Positions 1-8,895 of a stretch of DNA of 31,336 nt are shown piece by piece. The position numbers were made by a program, and so were the translations under genes. A model generated the notes under the pieces. It searched no databases and was not told the DNA's origin. It saw only the letters and a list, made by a program, of their open reading frames with translations. Source of the stretch: Candidatus Thorarchaeota archaeon (GTDB taxonomy: Archaea; Asgardarchaeota; Thorarchaeia; Thorarchaeales; Thorarchaeaceae); contig PRDI01000020.1 in NCBI GenBank assembly GCA_003345595.1, positions 1-31,336 on the forward strand. Reading direction: 5' to 3'. Position 1 is the stretch's first letter. Each line of letters starts with the position of its first letter.

Positions 1-1
1 T

Positions 2-229
2 GGGAATCTCGGCCGCGTCCGATATCGCCTTCACAGTTGCATCAATGTTACCGAAAATTGTACTGCCACCAATCATGATGGCATCGCTGCCTGCTTTCTC
101 GGCAAGGGTGGCCATCTGCACTAGGGTTTCATCGGTATTCTTGAGCGGGTCAGGATCCAGCAGCGAGAAATGACAAGCGCCTTCCTTCTCTAGGGTTTCG
201 GTGATGTAGCTCCATACCTTGCCGGCCAT
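2..229 (-). CDS. Geranylgeranylglyceryl phosphate synthase (GGGPS/PcrB family), N-terminal part; runs off the window edge
   Basis: Not in the ORF track. Manual translation from ATG at 229 gives MAGKVWSYITETLEKEGACHFSLLDPD...AGSDAIMIGGST..., with the HxxLxDPD and DAIMIGGS motifs. A GGAGG Shine-Dalgarno lies upstream. Confidence 0.9.
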   Translation of the reverse strand, partial: MAGKVWSYITETLEKEGACHFSLLDPDPLKNTDETLVQMATLAEKAGSDAIMIGGSTIFGNIDATVKAISDAAEIP

Positions 230-273
230 CAGTAGGTCCTCCGAATATGGTCCGTCGGCTTCGATTCCGCTTT

Positions 274-927
274 TTATGGTTTTGGTCGAAACTGGACTCG
301 ACGTTTCCCGAACTTTGGGAAGAGCCGTCCAGTCTGAGCGACGTACTCCCTGTACTCGTCACCGAACTGGGAAATCAACATGGATTCCTCTGGGACTGTC
401 ACTAGGTAGTATCCAGGAATACCCACCAGCAATACTATCGTGACGACCGAAGGCATCATCAGGAAAAGCCCAACGAACGATAGCATGTAGGAAGTGTAGG
501 AAGGGTGCCTAATCCATCCATAGGGGCCCCTTGTTATCAATCGATGGCCAGAACTCATGACCCATGAGGAGGCCATGTCTTTTCTGACAAAACGGGACCA
601 GCCATGGAGCACAATCCCGAAGCAGAGGATTGCCAGTCCCGGGACCCAAATGAACCCGGGGGCATCAATGATTGGCACCAGATACGGCAGCAGGAAGGCT
701 CCTGCTGATAGAAGCCATGCCAGTGGAATGGCCAACACGAGTACGAATGATAGCAGCGTCGAGACTGCCACAGCCGTCATTGCCAAAGCAGGAACACTCT
801 CCTCAGGTTCTGTTAAGTTCGAAGGGCCACGGTTTCTTACCTTTGCCGCATCCAAGGCCGCATGGAGTACGACATCCACAAGAGAGAGAACACCGACAAT
901 CGGACCTGCTATTGTGAAGTCCAACAC
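274..927 (-). CDS. Isoprenylcysteine carboxyl methyltransferase (ICMT/PEMT) family membrane protein
   Basis: Multiple TM segments; LITRGPYGWIRHPSY and EESML..FGDEYREY...TGRLFP motifs. Confidence 0.85.
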   Translation of the reverse strand: MLDFTIAGPIVGVLSLVDVVLHAALDAAKVRNRGPSNLTEPEESVPALAMTAVAVSTLLSFVLVLAIPLAWLLSAGAFLLPYLVPIIDAPGFIWVPGLAILCFGIVLHGWSRFVRKDMASSWVMSSGHRLITRGPYGWIRHPSYTSYMLSFVGLFLMMPSVVTIVLLVGIPGYYLVTVPEESMLISQFGDEYREYVAQTGRLFPKFGKRRVQFRPKP

Positions 928-1129
928 GAGAAGCCAGTCAGTCCCCTAAGTCTATCAGCATTTCGGACAACGGATTCATGCCGAAGAGGTACTGGGGCTC
1001 CAGCCTCCTGACAGCTGTTGCATACCCTTTATTAGCTCCAGAGTTCTGGTTTCTGCATCGCCGTCGACAAGGCGTGACTTCGAAACAAAGTTGCGTCAGT
1101 CTTTGAGCATGACAACTGAGGATCAAGAG

Positions 1130-3091
1130 ATGACTGAGAGGAGAGTTGGCATCTTTCTCTGTCACTGCGGCAGCAACATCGCGGGAGTAATCGATATCCC
1201 TCGTCTCATGGATACTGTCAAGAGGATTGACGGAGTGGTCCACGTAGAGGACTACAAGTATGTCTGTTCAAGGCCGGGTCAACAGATCATCAATGACAGA
1301 ATCAAGGAGAAGAGACTAGACAGAGTCGTGATCGGGTCATGCTCTCCGCGCATGCACGAGGTCACCTTCAGGCAGACGATGAGAGACAGCGGTCTCAATC
1401 CCTTTCTCTTGGAGATTGCGAACTTGCGGGAGCAGTGCAGCTGGATACACCAGAATGACCCCAAGGCCGCCACAGAGAAAGCGATAGACCTAATCCGCAT
1501 GGCAGTAGCCCGTGTGAAACTCCTGGAACCGCTTCAAGAACCAGTAGTCGAGGTGAAGAAGGCTAGCTTGATAATTGGCGCGGGCATCGCTGGCATCTCT
1601 GCAGCCCTTGACCTCGCCAATGCCGGATTCAAGGTCTATCTCGTGGAGAAGGAGCCAAGCATTGGAGGCAAGATGAGTCGCTGGGACAAGACCTTCCCGA
1701 CTTTGGACTGTTCATCATGCATCCTCACTCCGCGCATGGCCGAGGTCGGTGCACACCCCAACATCGAGTTGTTCACGATGGCCCAAGTGGAGAAAGTCGA
1801 TGGCTTCGTTGGCAACTTCGAAGTGACTGTCCGTCAGAAGCCAAGATACGTTGATGTCAAGAAGTGCACATCCTGTGGTGACTGTTCGAAGGTATGCCCG
1901 GTCGACGTCCCTGCCGAGTTCGATGCCAACCTGAGTTACAGAAGAGCTGTCTACATACCATTCGCTCAAGCTGTACCCTCATCCTATCTCATAGACATGA
2001 AGAACTGTCTGGGTGTTGATGTGATAAGGTGTGGAAAGTGCAAGGAGAAGTGCGAGCCCGGTGCCATCAACTATGAGGACCATGAGAAGATCATCAAGCT
2101 GCAGGTCGGTACCATAATAGTCGCCACGGGCTTTGAGGTCTTTGATGCCTCGCAGAAAGAGGAGTACGGCTATGGCGAGTTCCTTAACGTGGTGAACCTC
2201 GCTGAGGTCGAGAGAATGCTCAGCTCAGCCGGTCCAACACAGGGCCATGTAGTGCGGCCTTCGGACCTTCAAGAACCCAAACGAGTCGTCTACATACAGT
2301 GTGTCGGAAGCCGCGATGAGCGTACGAACAAGTACTGCTCTCGAGTCTGCTGTATGACAGCCATAAAGCAGGCACGGATGATCAGGGACAAACTTGGGGC
2401 TGAGGTCTTTCTGTTCTACATCGACCTGAGGACGTTTGGTAAGGGCTATGAGGAGTTCTACGAGTCGACCGCATCAGCTGGAGTGACATTCATCAGAGGA
2501 CGCGTGGGCGAGATCCTTCAGGACGACGAAACCAAGAGTCTGATAGTGCGAGGGGAGGACACGCTCTTGGGCAAGCCAATGCAGTTTGACAATGTCGACT
2601 TGGTAGTCCTGTCCACGGGTGTTGTGCCGCCGCCTTCGACCAAGGACATCGCACACGTCCTGAATCTCAGTCAATCGCCCGATGGTTTCCTCCTTGAGGC
2701 CCACCCCAAGCTCAGACCCGTTGACTCCTTCAATGATGGCATCTTCGTGGCAGGAATGGCTCAGGGTCCAAAGGACATCCCTGACACAGTGGCTCAAGCA
2801 AAGGCGGCGTCGTCGGGTGCGATGGCGCTCATGGGCAAGGGCAAGATCACCGTTGAGCCCTACTTCTCCGTTGTTGATGAGGACAAGTGTTCAGGCTGCA
2901 GAATCTGCGTAGCAGTGTGTCCGTACAATGCAGTGACAATTACCAAAGAGGGTCGCGCCCATGTCAATCCTGCTATGTGCAAGGGATGCGGGACCTGCAC
3001 TTCATCGTGCCCTTCATCGGCGATTGTTTCACAGCACTACACTGATGGACAGATTTCCTCAATGATTGAGGAGTACCTGTCAGTCCATTAG
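1130..3091 (+). CDS. hdrA: Heterodisulfide reductase subunit A (FAD/Fe-S)
   Basis: RVGIFLCHCGSNI, CSPRMHE, ANLREQCSW, GAGIAG FAD site, DKTFPTLDCSSC, QCVGSRD, CSRVCC, HPKLRPV, GPKDIP and C-terminal ferredoxin motifs. Start taken at ATG 1130 (alternative 1109). Confidence 0.95.
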   Translation: MTERRVGIFLCHCGSNIAGVIDIPRLMDTVKRIDGVVHVEDYKYVCSRPGQQIINDRIKEKRLDRVVIGSCSPRMHEVTFRQTMRDSGLNPFLLEIANLREQCSWIHQNDPKAATEKAIDLIRMAVARVKLLEPLQEPVVEVKKASLIIGAGIAGISAALDLANAGFKVYLVEKEPSIGGKMSRWDKTFPTLDCSSCILTPRMAEVGAHPNIELFTMAQVEKVDGFVGNFEVTVRQKPRYVDVKKCTSCGDCSKVCPVDVPAEFDANLSYRRAVYIPFAQAVPSSYLIDMKNCLGVDVIRCGKCKEKCEPGAINYEDHEKIIKLQVGTIIVATGFEVFDASQKEEYGYGEFLNVVNLAEVERMLSSAGPTQGHVVRPSDLQEPKRVVYIQCVGSRDERTNKYCSRVCCMTAIKQARMIRDKLGAEVFLFYIDLRTFGKGYEEFYESTASAGVTFIRGRVGEILQDDETKSLIVRGEDTLLGKPMQFDNVDLVVLSTGVVPPPSTKDIAHVLNLSQSPDGFLLEAHPKLRPVDSFNDGIFVAGMAQGPKDIPDTVAQAKAASSGAMALMGKGKITVEPYFSVVDEDKCSGCRICVAVCPYNAVTITKEGRAHVNPAMCKGCGTCTSSCPSSAIVSQHYTDGQISSMIEEYLSVH

Positions 3092-3597
3092 TGAGTCTTT
3101 GGAACAGACGCCCCTCTTGCGCGCGTCGGTTCAATCGGGCAATAAAGGTCCAAGACAAGTTCTGACTCTGAGGCATCAGGATTATGAATACCCTCCAGCA
3201 TCTGATGCTTGCCAAACTTGTACTTGCTTGACTCAACCCACTTCGCAAGCATGCCCCAAGCATGAGGGATGCCCTCTAGCTTACACTCCCTGACATCACA
3301 TGTGGTGACTGCATAAAGCCCTCCACGGAAGTCCTTCGCCTCTACCTCTCCTTCGACCTTGGTGTCCTTTCCAATGGGAACCCAGAACTCATACCCATAG
3401 TCCTTCCTATCTGGGGACGGGTCGGGATTGTTGAACCCAAACACCGGGTGTTCTTGGATGTTAGCAAGCAAGCCTCTTGGCTCAGCCCACGCTTTCATTC
3501 TGCCCCAAGCATCACGTTCGGGAGTTTCGCTGACAACCCTGACGCTTGCAACCCGCATTGGCTTGAGCTTCACGATTCTGACCTGCAGTTCCTTCAT
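3088..3597 (-). CDS. GyrI-like small-molecule-binding (AraC effector-binding) domain protein
   Basis: VRIVKLKPMRVAS, PVFGFNNPDP, YGYEFWVPI, GGLYAVT, LDLYCPI pattern; no HTH seen; 4-nt tail-to-tail overlap with hdrA. Confidence 0.8.
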   Translation of the reverse strand: MKELQVRIVKLKPMRVASVRVVSETPERDAWGRMKAWAEPRGLLANIQEHPVFGFNNPDPSPDRKDYGYEFWVPIGKDTKVEGEVEAKDFRGGLYAVTTCDVRECKLEGIPHAWGMLAKWVESSKYKFGKHQMLEGIHNPDASESELVLDLYCPIEPTRARGASVPKTH

Positions 3598-3726
3598 GTT
3601 GTTCTCTCATCCTCTTGTACGATTCCAGCATATGAACTTAAGACCTGTCTCTAAAAACTTGGCTGATTGCCGCCACACCAACATCAATTAGCTATATGAG
3701 AAAGAAGCGGCCAGACAGAGCCAATA

Positions 3727-4380
3727 ATGGGGACACCCTGCATGAAGAATCCCGACCTCACTGTGGCAGTACTCGCCGGCGGCAACTCCGAACGCTTCAA
3801 GTCTGAGAAAGCCCTTGCAGTCTTTCGGGGCCGTCCAATGCTCGCGCACATGATTGGCATCGCCAAGCATATCTCTCCCGAAACGCTGGTTGTGGTTTCG
3901 AGCGATAAGCAGGCAGAGGGTCTGAAGGGCGTAGTCGGTGATAATGAGCTGGTCGTTGACCCTGATGACGCAGTCAGGTGTGCATTGACTGGAGCTGTCA
4001 CTGCTTTCGAGTTCTGCAAGACGCGGCATGTGCTGTTGTTGCCTGTGGACACGCCGCTTACAAATGTGCGATTGCTGCAGATGTTGGTTGATCTCAGGCA
4101 GGGGCATGGAGCTGTTGTGCCTTCGTGGCCGTCAGGAAATGTGGAGCCACTTCACGCCGTCTATCTGTCAGAGCATGCATACTCAAGCGGTCTCAGAGTA
4201 CTGGAGCAAGGCAAACACAGAATGCAGGACTTACTAGATGCGTTGCACAATGTTTTGTATGTGTCAACTATTGTGCTCAAGACGATTGACCCGGAACTGA
4301 AAACATTCGTCAACTTCAACACTGAAGCAGAACTTCGTCGCTTGGAAGCAAGCAAGAGCTCGAGTGATCGAGCTAATTAA
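3727..4380 (+). CDS. mobA: Molybdenum cofactor guanylyltransferase
   Basis: VLAGGNSERFKSEKAL, LPVDTP, EPLHAVY, FVNFNT motifs; start may be ATG 3742. Confidence 0.88.
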   Translation: MGTPCMKNPDLTVAVLAGGNSERFKSEKALAVFRGRPMLAHMIGIAKHISPETLVVVSSDKQAEGLKGVVGDNELVVDPDDAVRCALTGAVTAFEFCKTRHVLLLPVDTPLTNVRLLQMLVDLRQGHGAVVPSWPSGNVEPLHAVYLSEHAYSSGLRVLEQGKHRMQDLLDALHNVLYVSTIVLKTIDPELKTFVNFNTEAELRRLEASKSSSDRAN

Positions 4381-4458
4381 CCCGACCGGTCTACATCAGT
4401 CGTTCTCCTTGCCAAATAGGCCCATCGACTGAGAAAGGCCCTACAATCGTCGCAGGGA

Positions 4459-5538
4459 TCAAAGTCCGAGATTCTCGTGTCTGATCCTACACGTGCCTTC
4501 ATGCCCGACCATGCATGGTCCGTAGGGATCATCCGGAACGCAACGCTTGCCGAACAGTGCGCACTCGGTTGGGTCAATCATTCCCAGAATGACCTTATGG
4601 CAGACACACCCGGGTAAGATGTCAACTGAGTGAGTCGCCGGGATGTTGAACCGTTGGCGAGAGTCATACTCTGCAAGATTCCTTCGGAGATAGTATGCGG
4701 ACTTCTTGATGACACCCAGCCCCCTCCAAGGTCCATCGTCAAGGCGAAAGGCCTGTTTGAGCACCTTCTGAGCTTGCAGGTTGCCCTCTGGGCGTACAAC
4801 ACGGCTATACTCGTTCTCGGACTCAGCACGCCCCTCTTCAATCTGAAGTAGTATCATCCGTATCGCTTCGAGGACGTCGAGAGGCTCGAAACCGGCTGCG
4901 ACGCATGGAACATGGTGTTTCTTGACAAGAGACTGAAATGCATTAGTGCCAATTATCGACGATACATGCCCAGGCGTTATGAAACCGTCAACTGGAGGCC
5001 CCTCAATGTTCAGTAGGAGTTCCATCGCTGGTGGAATTGCCTTGAGAGATGTGAGCATGGAGAAGTTGTGTGGGGGACCCTTCAACATCTCGACAGCCAG
5101 AGTCGGGGCTGTCGTTTCGAAACCCACGCCCAAGAAGATCACCTCTCGATCAGGGTTGGCTCGAGCTGTTTCGACCGCTTCATTCACGCCATAGACAACC
5201 CGGACATCGGCACCGTTTGTATGTTCCTTCGTCAGAGACGACGTCGTAGACGGGACCCGCATCATGTCGCCAAATGTGGTCAGAATATGTCCTCGTCTTG
5301 CAAGCTCAACAGCCATGTCAACATCCTCAGCCGCACAGACACACACTGGACACCCCGGACCTGCAACTAGAGTGACGCCCTCCGGCAGAAGTGACCTTAG
5401 TCCATGGCGGCTTATCGTGTCCTCGTGTGTACCACAGACATGGACAATTCTGATCTTGCGACCATCAGCGAGATGGCCTATTTCTCCAACGACTGCTTCG
5501 GCGTATCGAGCGCTTCTGAACTCACTCTGGTCAATCAT
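4459..5538 (-). CDS. hypD: [NiFe]-hydrogenase maturation protein HypD
   Basis: HVCGTHE, GPGCPVC, TFGDMMRVP, GFETTAP, PGHVS, AGFEP, C-terminal Cys cluster (GPCMV..EGTC); start taken at ATG 5538. Confidence 0.95.
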   Translation of the reverse strand: MIDQSEFRSARYAEAVVGEIGHLADGRKIRIVHVCGTHEDTISRHGLRSLLPEGVTLVAGPGCPVCVCAAEDVDMAVELARRGHILTTFGDMMRVPSTTSSLTKEHTNGADVRVVYGVNEAVETARANPDREVIFLGVGFETTAPTLAVEMLKGPPHNFSMLTSLKAIPPAMELLLNIEGPPVDGFITPGHVSSIIGTNAFQSLVKKHHVPCVAAGFEPLDVLEAIRMILLQIEEGRAESENEYSRVVRPEGNLQAQKVLKQAFRLDDGPWRGLGVIKKSAYYLRRNLAEYDSRQRFNIPATHSVDILPGCVCHKVILGMIDPTECALFGKRCVPDDPYGPCMVGHEGTCRIRHENLGL

Positions 5539-5793
5539 TAGGCTCCCAAGAGCAGAATGTAGGTCTTGCACATAAAGCTTGCAAAGAGTACATGCAACAG
5601 CCGCGTAGAAGTCGGACAATCTTGGACTTTTTTGAGTAGGGGCTTAAGTGGCTCGAGCCAGACATCTGTTTGAGGGAGACTCGACACATTTCAGCCTCAA
5701 AGAGTACGACCCCAGTGCCGTTTCTGGGAGGACAAAGACTCCTGTGTCCAGCTCCGTCTAACAAACAATGAACGGTACATGCAGACTAGATAG

Positions 5794-6111
5794 TCACTTC
5801 TCAGACTGGGACTCAAACAAGAGGACCATGGCCTCACCGGGGGAGATCGACAGCTTGCTTGCCAGCTCTCTCACGGTGATATTCGGCTCATTGGGAAGCA
5901 CCTTGTCGCGTGTGTATCCAATCAGACCTGCGTACAGTGGGTTCCTCTTTACAGTCTCAACAAGGAATGGCCACAGAGCATCGTTCTTGAAGTTAATACC
6001 TTCAATGTCAATTCGGAATGTGGATGTGTCAGACGCCTTCTGAGTAACCTTGTCAGGACCAGAACCTGATGTGGATGCTACAGGGCGGTCTGTCAGCCTC
6101 GCCTGCTTCAT
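5794..6111 (-). CDS. Hypothetical small protein with probable C-terminal helix-turn-helix
   Basis: ITVRELASKLSISPGEAMVLL resembles an HTH; purine-rich SD-like tract and TTATAA box upstream. Confidence 0.6.
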   Translation of the reverse strand: MKQARLTDRPVASTSGSGPDKVTQKASDTSTFRIDIEGINFKNDALWPFLVETVKRNPLYAGLIGYTRDKVLPNEPNITVRELASKLSISPGEAMVLLFESQSEK

Positions 6112-6139
6112 CTTCGCGTCCCTTCCTTATTGCTTCCCG

Positions 6140-6159
6140 GCGACCTCGACCGAGGTCGC
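6140..6159. promoter_or_regulatory. Perfect 9-bp inverted repeat (GCGACCTCG-AC-CGAGGTCGC); candidate operator or 5' hairpin
   Basis: Lies between a TTATAA box (6181-6186) and the start of the HTH gene at 6111. Confidence 0.45.
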
Positions 6160-6371
6160 TCATGGCTTGACCGATTTCCATTATAAGGATTCGGGAAGTC
6201 TATCTTTTCATTCGACAAAGCGCGCGTCTTGACAGTGCTCGAAGTCTGAGCCATCCAGCGCCCGTCAGGTTACCCGTCAGAAATAACGTGGGAGTTCACG
6301 AATACAATCAGTCGGCCAGATCGCTACGACAGGAATGTAGTGCGCGGATTACTTGTTGGTCACGTCGATCC

Positions 6372-6995
6372 CTAGACTGGTTGACCACGACCACCCAGCT
6401 CGTGGAGCAACCTCTTGCTCTCTTCCTCTATCCTTCGTTCGATCACACCATACAGTTCCTGCTCGAAGACGTCTGGGATTATCTTGACAACGCTGCAGAG
6501 TCGGTCGACAATCCTCTCAGCTAGTTCATGCGGCGAAACGACAGTGCCCCTGACGATACTTCTCACAACTTCCTCGCTCACGCTCGTCCTGACAACGGAA
6601 TCAACGACACTAGCGATGGTACCCAATGGGTCTATGAAGAATGGCAGCTGTCCCCTATCGTGAAGGATAGTGAAGCCTAGTTTCTCCACTATGCTGTCAG
6701 TATACCACTCAAGGCTAGACTCCTTCATCCGTAGCTTGGCCGCAAACTCAGTCTTTGTGAGAGGATTTGGGTGACTCCAAGGGTGTCTAGTAACGACATA
6801 GAGGGCCGCCCCGTGTAAGGGCTCGGGTTCACGAGCCGGGCCTTCTTTGGAAACATACCTGCGAACAATATCAAGTGCCATTAGCTCGTATCTTTCGTCG
6901 ACCCTGTGTTCGGCGTAGAACTCGTGCGCCTCTCTCACCTGGTCAACAACGACCTGAGGGCTGACCATCACGCTCTCGTTCTTGGCATCGAGCAT
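6372..6995 (-). CDS. Protein with a single TFIIB/cyclin-like repeat plus a helical C-terminal domain
   Basis: ALDIVRR..REPEPLHGAALYVV..T..EFAAKL...ESSLEWY..IVEKLG aligns by eye with the archaeal TFB C-terminal repeat; no Zn ribbon; start may be 6968. Confidence 0.65.
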   Translation of the reverse strand: MLDAKNESVMVSPQVVVDQVREAHEFYAEHRVDERYELMALDIVRRYVSKEGPAREPEPLHGAALYVVTRHPWSHPNPLTKTEFAAKLRMKESSLEWYTDSIVEKLGFTILHDRGQLPFFIDPLGTIASVVDSVVRTSVSEEVVRSIVRGTVVSPHELAERIVDRLCSVVKIIPDVFEQELYGVIERRIEEESKRLLHELGGRGQPV

Positions 6996-7106
6996 AGTTG
7001 AACAACTCCAGGCCGTGGGTATGGCTCTGGCGAGTGTGGAGAGGCAGTTAGATATATCGCTTGTGCATGAGAAGCCGGGGTGTGTAGACGAGGCGCGCTT
7101 GGAACT

Positions 7107-7727
7107 CTAGCGCGCGCGATAGGTCTTCTCCAAAGCCCATCGCAGGGCACGTTCAATCTCGGCGAGCCGGCTCTCGCCCCCATAGTTCTTGACGACAACC
7201 TCTTCTAGGATGCCGTCCTCTGCTCGTACCTCGAAGTCGAAGGCATCGTCCCACTCAATCTCTTCGTTCTCAACCCTGTGTCTGTCTTCTTGCTGGAAGA
7301 GACCCAGAATCCGCTCAACAAAGAAACGAGCAAATGCACCCCTCTTGATATCATATGACGCATGTGCAGCAGGGATTATCCTCAGGTCCCGGTCACTGGT
7401 TTCTATCCTCGCCAGTTCCAGGTCCCGTGCCTTGTTCATCACGATGATTGACTTCGGCGGTTCCGGCGCGGCGTGAGGTGTCGGACGAGCTACCTTAGCT
7501 GCAGGAGCCGCAGCTGGGACTTCCGCAGTCCGTCCCAATGCTGTGTCTGCAGTCGCGAAACTGCCCGCACCAATGGTCGCATCGAGCGCCTGGATGAAGG
7601 ATTCCAGCTTGTCAGCTCTATCCCTGAGCCTGTCGACTTCCTCTTCGAGATCCTTCCTGAGCTCAAGAAGGGTCCTTATCCGTGGGTCCTCCAAGTGTAA
7701 CACCGCTAACCTTGACTCAGTAATCAA
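7107..7727 (-). CDS. Conserved archaeal hypothetical protein with N-terminal coiled coil
   Basis: Heptad segment LLELRKDLEEEVDRLRDRADKLESFIQALD, Ala/Pro linker, C-terminal FFVERIL...KNY...R.ALRWAL region; real start possibly TTG 7694. Confidence 0.7.
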   Translation of the reverse strand: MITESRLAVLHLEDPRIRTLLELRKDLEEEVDRLRDRADKLESFIQALDATIGAGSFATADTALGRTAEVPAAAPAAKVARPTPHAAPEPPKSIIVMNKARDLELARIETSDRDLRIIPAAHASYDIKRGAFARFFVERILGLFQQEDRHRVENEEIEWDDAFDFEVRAEDGILEEVVVKNYGGESRLAEIERALRWALEKTYRAR

Positions 7728-7831
7728 TAAGTCCTGTACTGTATGTATATCTTTCCGTGTATTATGGGATTACGGAGATGGGGGGTATTTCCAGCAACGT
7801 TGGAAGAAGACGAGTCAACATAATAGGAAAG

Positions 7832-8050
7832 CTAGTCAGCGATTACACTGATAGCGAAGTCTGGGCATTCGATCTCGCAAAGGCGGCAGACACGGCATGC
7901 ATCTAGGTCAATCACAATCGGGAGCACATAGCCACGGTTGTCGACTTTCTTAGACTTGTCTAGAACTTTTTGCGGGCAGACTGAAATGCAGATATGGCAT
8001 CCCTTGCATAGCTTTGGGTTGATGATAATCCGCCGAGCTTTCTTTGGCAT
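7832..8050 (-). CDS. 2[4Fe-4S] ferredoxin (2-oxoacid oxidoreductase delta-subunit-like)
   Basis: CKGCHICISVCP and CRVCRLCEIECPDFAI. Confidence 0.9.
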   Translation of the reverse strand: MPKKARRIIINPKLCKGCHICISVCPQKVLDKSKKVDNRGYVLPIVIDLDACRVCRLCEIECPDFAISVIAD

Positions 8051-8139
8051 GACAGGTCGCCAACTGGAGAACTTCGCCCTGTCGTGATATAATCGTATTC
8101 ATCCGTCCAAGAGCATCCATTATATAGCGAACTGAGAAC

Positions 8140-8877
8140 ATGAAGGCGGGAGCAGGTGTTCGACTGGTGATATCGTTCCTCGTCTTTGCGTGCCCTCAGT
8201 GTAAGCATTTCACAAACGCTCCTGCAGGTCAAAGGCATCGAAGATGTAGCTACTGCGGGAAGATAATCGACATCACAAAGGCTGTGTGTGCTGTATTCGA
8301 CACCCCTGATGCAGCAGCGGCCGCGGTGAGGGAGTTTAATGCAAGAGGTGACAACGAGTTTCAGGCAGCCGTAGAACGATCTAGGGACAGGGTCAGAGCA
8401 TTGATGCCTAGCACAGTCTTGGGCGTTGAGCATATCTCTTCCAAGGGTGAGGCCCCGATGCATGTAGGGAAAAGAAAGATGCTCATGGAAATGCTGGAAA
8501 AGGAGGCTAGGGACAAGCCGTGCTCTCTCGACCGTATTTCCGAGCTTTGCAGAGAATACAGGCTGGAATGGTTCTGGGTTGAAGATGAACTGGCGAAACT
8601 CGCTGATAGTGGGCTCTTGGTGTTCCCGCGCCCATGGACAGTGCAGCTCGTTCAGTCGTCAGAGAAGAAGACGGAGGAGGCCCCTAAGAAGACAGACGTG
8701 AGTCATGAAATCCTTGCAGTCATAAGAGAAGCGGGTGGCACTTCCTCCGTCAAAGAGATTCTGAGCCACTTTGGGGCAAAGGGAGTGAACCAGACGTCAA
8801 TCGAGGACTCTCTTGACAAGCTGATGCAGTCAGGAGCCATCTTCGAGCCCAGACCGGGGGTGGTGAGCATTGTATGA
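8140..8877 (+). CDS. Zn-ribbon (DUF1922-like) protein with two C-terminal winged-helix-like repeats
   Basis: CPQC...CSYC N-terminus; repeated L.KL..SG.(L/I)..PRP..V..V motifs; TTATATA box at ~8120. Confidence 0.7.
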   Translation: MKAGAGVRLVISFLVFACPQCKHFTNAPAGQRHRRCSYCGKIIDITKAVCAVFDTPDAAAAAVREFNARGDNEFQAAVERSRDRVRALMPSTVLGVEHISSKGEAPMHVGKRKMLMEMLEKEARDKPCSLDRISELCREYRLEWFWVEDELAKLADSGLLVFPRPWTVQLVQSSEKKTEEAPKKTDVSHEILAVIREAGGTSSVKEILSHFGAKGVNQTSIEDSLDKLMQSGAIFEPRPGVVSIV

Positions 8878-8895
8878 GAGCCAAGCCGGAGTCAG

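Noticed and set aside
1130-3091. Selenocysteine-containing HdrA or a SECIS element
   Set aside because: The ORF has no in-frame TGA, the TFPTLDCSSC motif uses Cys, and the upstream hairpin does not clearly match a SECIS
5531-5764. Possible hypC upstream of hypD
   Set aside because: The 77-aa ORF lacks the MC(L/I)(A/G)xP start and HypC motifs; treated as intergenic
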